DNA from: Nitrosospira multiformis ATCC 25196
GTDB lineage: Bacteria; Pseudomonadota; Gammaproteobacteria; Burkholderiales; Nitrosomonadaceae
Direction of reading: 5' to 3'
Assembly (NCBI RefSeq): GCF_000196355.1
Contig: NC_007614.1
Coordinates: 1-32,000, forward strand
Length of the DNA stretch: 32,000 nucleotides
Each line of letters opens with the position of its first letter. Position 1 is the first letter of the stretch. Below, one piece after another: positions 30,722 to 32,000 of this stretch. The position numbers and the translations under genes were made by a program. The notes beneath the pieces are model-generated. The model worked only from the letters and a program-made list of their open reading frames with translations. It had not been told where the DNA came from and did not search any database.

Positions 30722-30783
30722 GAGTGTAGAAATATTGCGCCCGTATTGCTTACGCTCGCGCACCTTTGAAGATCTCCATATTC

Positions 30784-30810
30784 TCCCGTGAGGTCATCTC
30801 TCTCACGGGA
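30784..30810. terminator. Hairpin between convergent genes (9-bp stem, 9-nt loop)
   Basis: TCCCGTGAG-GTCATCTCT-CTCACGGGA. There is no U-tract on either strand. Confidence 0.3.
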
Positions 30811-30846
30811 ATGAGCCGGAGGAAGGATGTTTGTAGCGGCTGGAGA

Positions 30847-32000
30847 TCAAGCGAACAGGTGGGCGATGGTGTAGATCGCCAGGCCTGCCAGTCCGCCTAT
30901 CAGCGTGCCATTGATGCGGATGTACTGCAGGTCCTCGCCCACCTGCCGCTCGATGCGGTGCGTCACTGTCTGCGTGTCCCACTCCCGCACGGTGTCGGCA
31001 ATCAGCCTGCCCACATCGCGCTGGTGAGACTGCACCGCTTCCACCAGCACCTCCCGCATCCAGTTATTGAGCCGCTCCCGCAAACCACGGTCCTCAAGTA
31101 CAGTATCGGTGCCCGACTGTATGAGGCCCCGCATCCACCCCCTGATTGCCGAGTCCTCGCTGTCGATGTCCTCGCGCATCCCGTTGCGGAGGTCGCGCCA
31201 GACTCCGTCCGCGTAGTCCCGCAAGGCCGGATGCTCCAGCAGCTTGCGGGTGTGGGCGGCAACCTGCTCGCGATACTCGGGTGAAGTAGCCAGGTCGGAG
31301 GCAAGCTTGCCGATGGCAGCATCCAGTCGCAAGCGCAGGGGGTGGGCAGGGTCGCGCGCGATCTCCGCCACCACCTCGCGCAGGGCTGCCACCACGCTTT
31401 CCCCCACCTTCTCATCCATCGAAAGCCGCTGCCAGAACCAGGCTGTGTTTTCGCGCACCCGCTGACGGATACGGGATTCGTTCGCGGTCACATATTCATC
31501 AGCCTCGCGCAACAGCTTGTCCAGCAGCCGCTGGTGCCGCTTTTCCGCAGTGAGCATCCTCACCGCCTCCCCGAGCAAAGGGCCAAGATCGATGCGCCCC
31601 GCTTTTTCCAGCACCCCGGCCGAAACGAAATGCTGCACATGGCGCTCGTCCACCGAATCCAGCAATTCCGGAATCAGGTGCGTCACATAATCCGCCAGCA
31701 GGTCGGTACGCGCCTCCCCGCACAGCCACGTTGCCAGTTTCCCGGACAAATCCACAGGCGCAAGCTTGGCGGCAACCACTTCGGGAGAAGCAAAGTTGCT
31801 CTCCACGAAGCGTCCCAGCGATTCCCCGATGCGATCCTTGTTACGCGGAATGATTGCAGTGTGGGGAATGGGCAGGCCGAGGGGCTGGCGGAATAACGCC
31901 GTTATGGCAAACCAGTCCGCCAGCGCGCCCACTACCGCAGCTTCGGCAAAAGCGCGAACGTAGCCCATCGCGGGATGAACCGGAAGAAATATGTTGGTCA
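30847..32000 (-). CDS. DUF445 (YjiN-like) membrane protein, 5' end beyond the window
   Basis: It carries the hallmark AFAEAAVVGALADWFAITALFRQPLGLPIPHTAIIPRNKDRIG. The frame stays open upstream of the listed Met to the window edge, so the N-terminus is probably outside the window. Confidence 0.85.
   Translation of the reverse strand, partial: TNIFLPVHPAMGYVRAFAEAAVVGALADWFAITALFRQPLGLPIPHTAIIPRNKDRIGESLGRFVESNFASPEVVAAKLAPVDLSGKLATWLCGEARTDLLADYVTHLIPELLDSVDERHVQHFVSAGVLEKAGRIDLGPLLGEAVRMLTAEKRHQRLLDKLLREADEYVTANESRIRQRVRENTAWFWQRLSMDEKVGESVVAALREVVAEIARDPAHPLRLRLDAAIGKLASDLATSPEYREQVAAHTRKLLEHPALRDYADGVWRDLRNGMREDIDSEDSAIRGWMRGLIQSGTDTVLEDRGLRERLNNWMREVLVEAVQSHQRDVGRLIADTVREWDTQTVTHRIERQVGEDLQYIRINGTLIGGLAGLAIYTIAHLFA

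Noticed and set aside
30766-31896. 172-aa and 184-aa + strand ORFs opposite the DUF445 gene
   Set aside because: They are shadow ORFs. The minus-strand product carries the DUF445 hallmark motif.

Overview
Origin-proximal, mostly housekeeping chromosome segment. By gene order and protein appearance it looks betaproteobacterial, possibly Nitrosomonadales-like, but that is a guess I cannot verify without a database search. Order left to right: dnaA-dnaN-gyrB; glyA-nrdR-ribD; a RegB/RegA-type redox two-component pair on the opposite strand, wedged into the riboflavin cluster; ribE-ribB(X)-ribH-nusB-thiL-pgpA-pncC; a YqhA-family membrane protein; a secreted trypsin-fold/TPR protein split by a 1-nt frameshift; recA-recX; a small lipoprotein; alaS; trxB; an Smr-domain protein; a TraR/DksA zinc-finger protein; an MFS transporter; tRNA-Arg(CCU). 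After the tRNA comes about 2.4 kb of low-GC, gene-poor accessory DNA. It holds an orphan secreted protein whose tail is 12 tandem 15-bp repeats (E-T/A-P/S-K-P/S). Two glycine-rich lipoproteins and a DUF445 protein that runs off the right edge follow. About three quarters of the genes are on the + strand, co-oriented with replication leaving dnaA. I found no CRISPR array, transposase, integrase, recognisable defence or toxin-antitoxin system, or secondary-metabolite cluster. The only candidate for something undescribed is the tRNA-Arg-flanked islet (27.45-29.9 kb), and that case is weak. The other points worth a second look are a frameshifted pseudo-protease/TPR gene, a RibBX-type degenerate cyclohydrolase domain, a 31-bp perfect palindrome in the regB/ribE divergent promoter, and a truncated redoxin-like mini-ORF next to a roughly 470-bp structured non-coding stretch.
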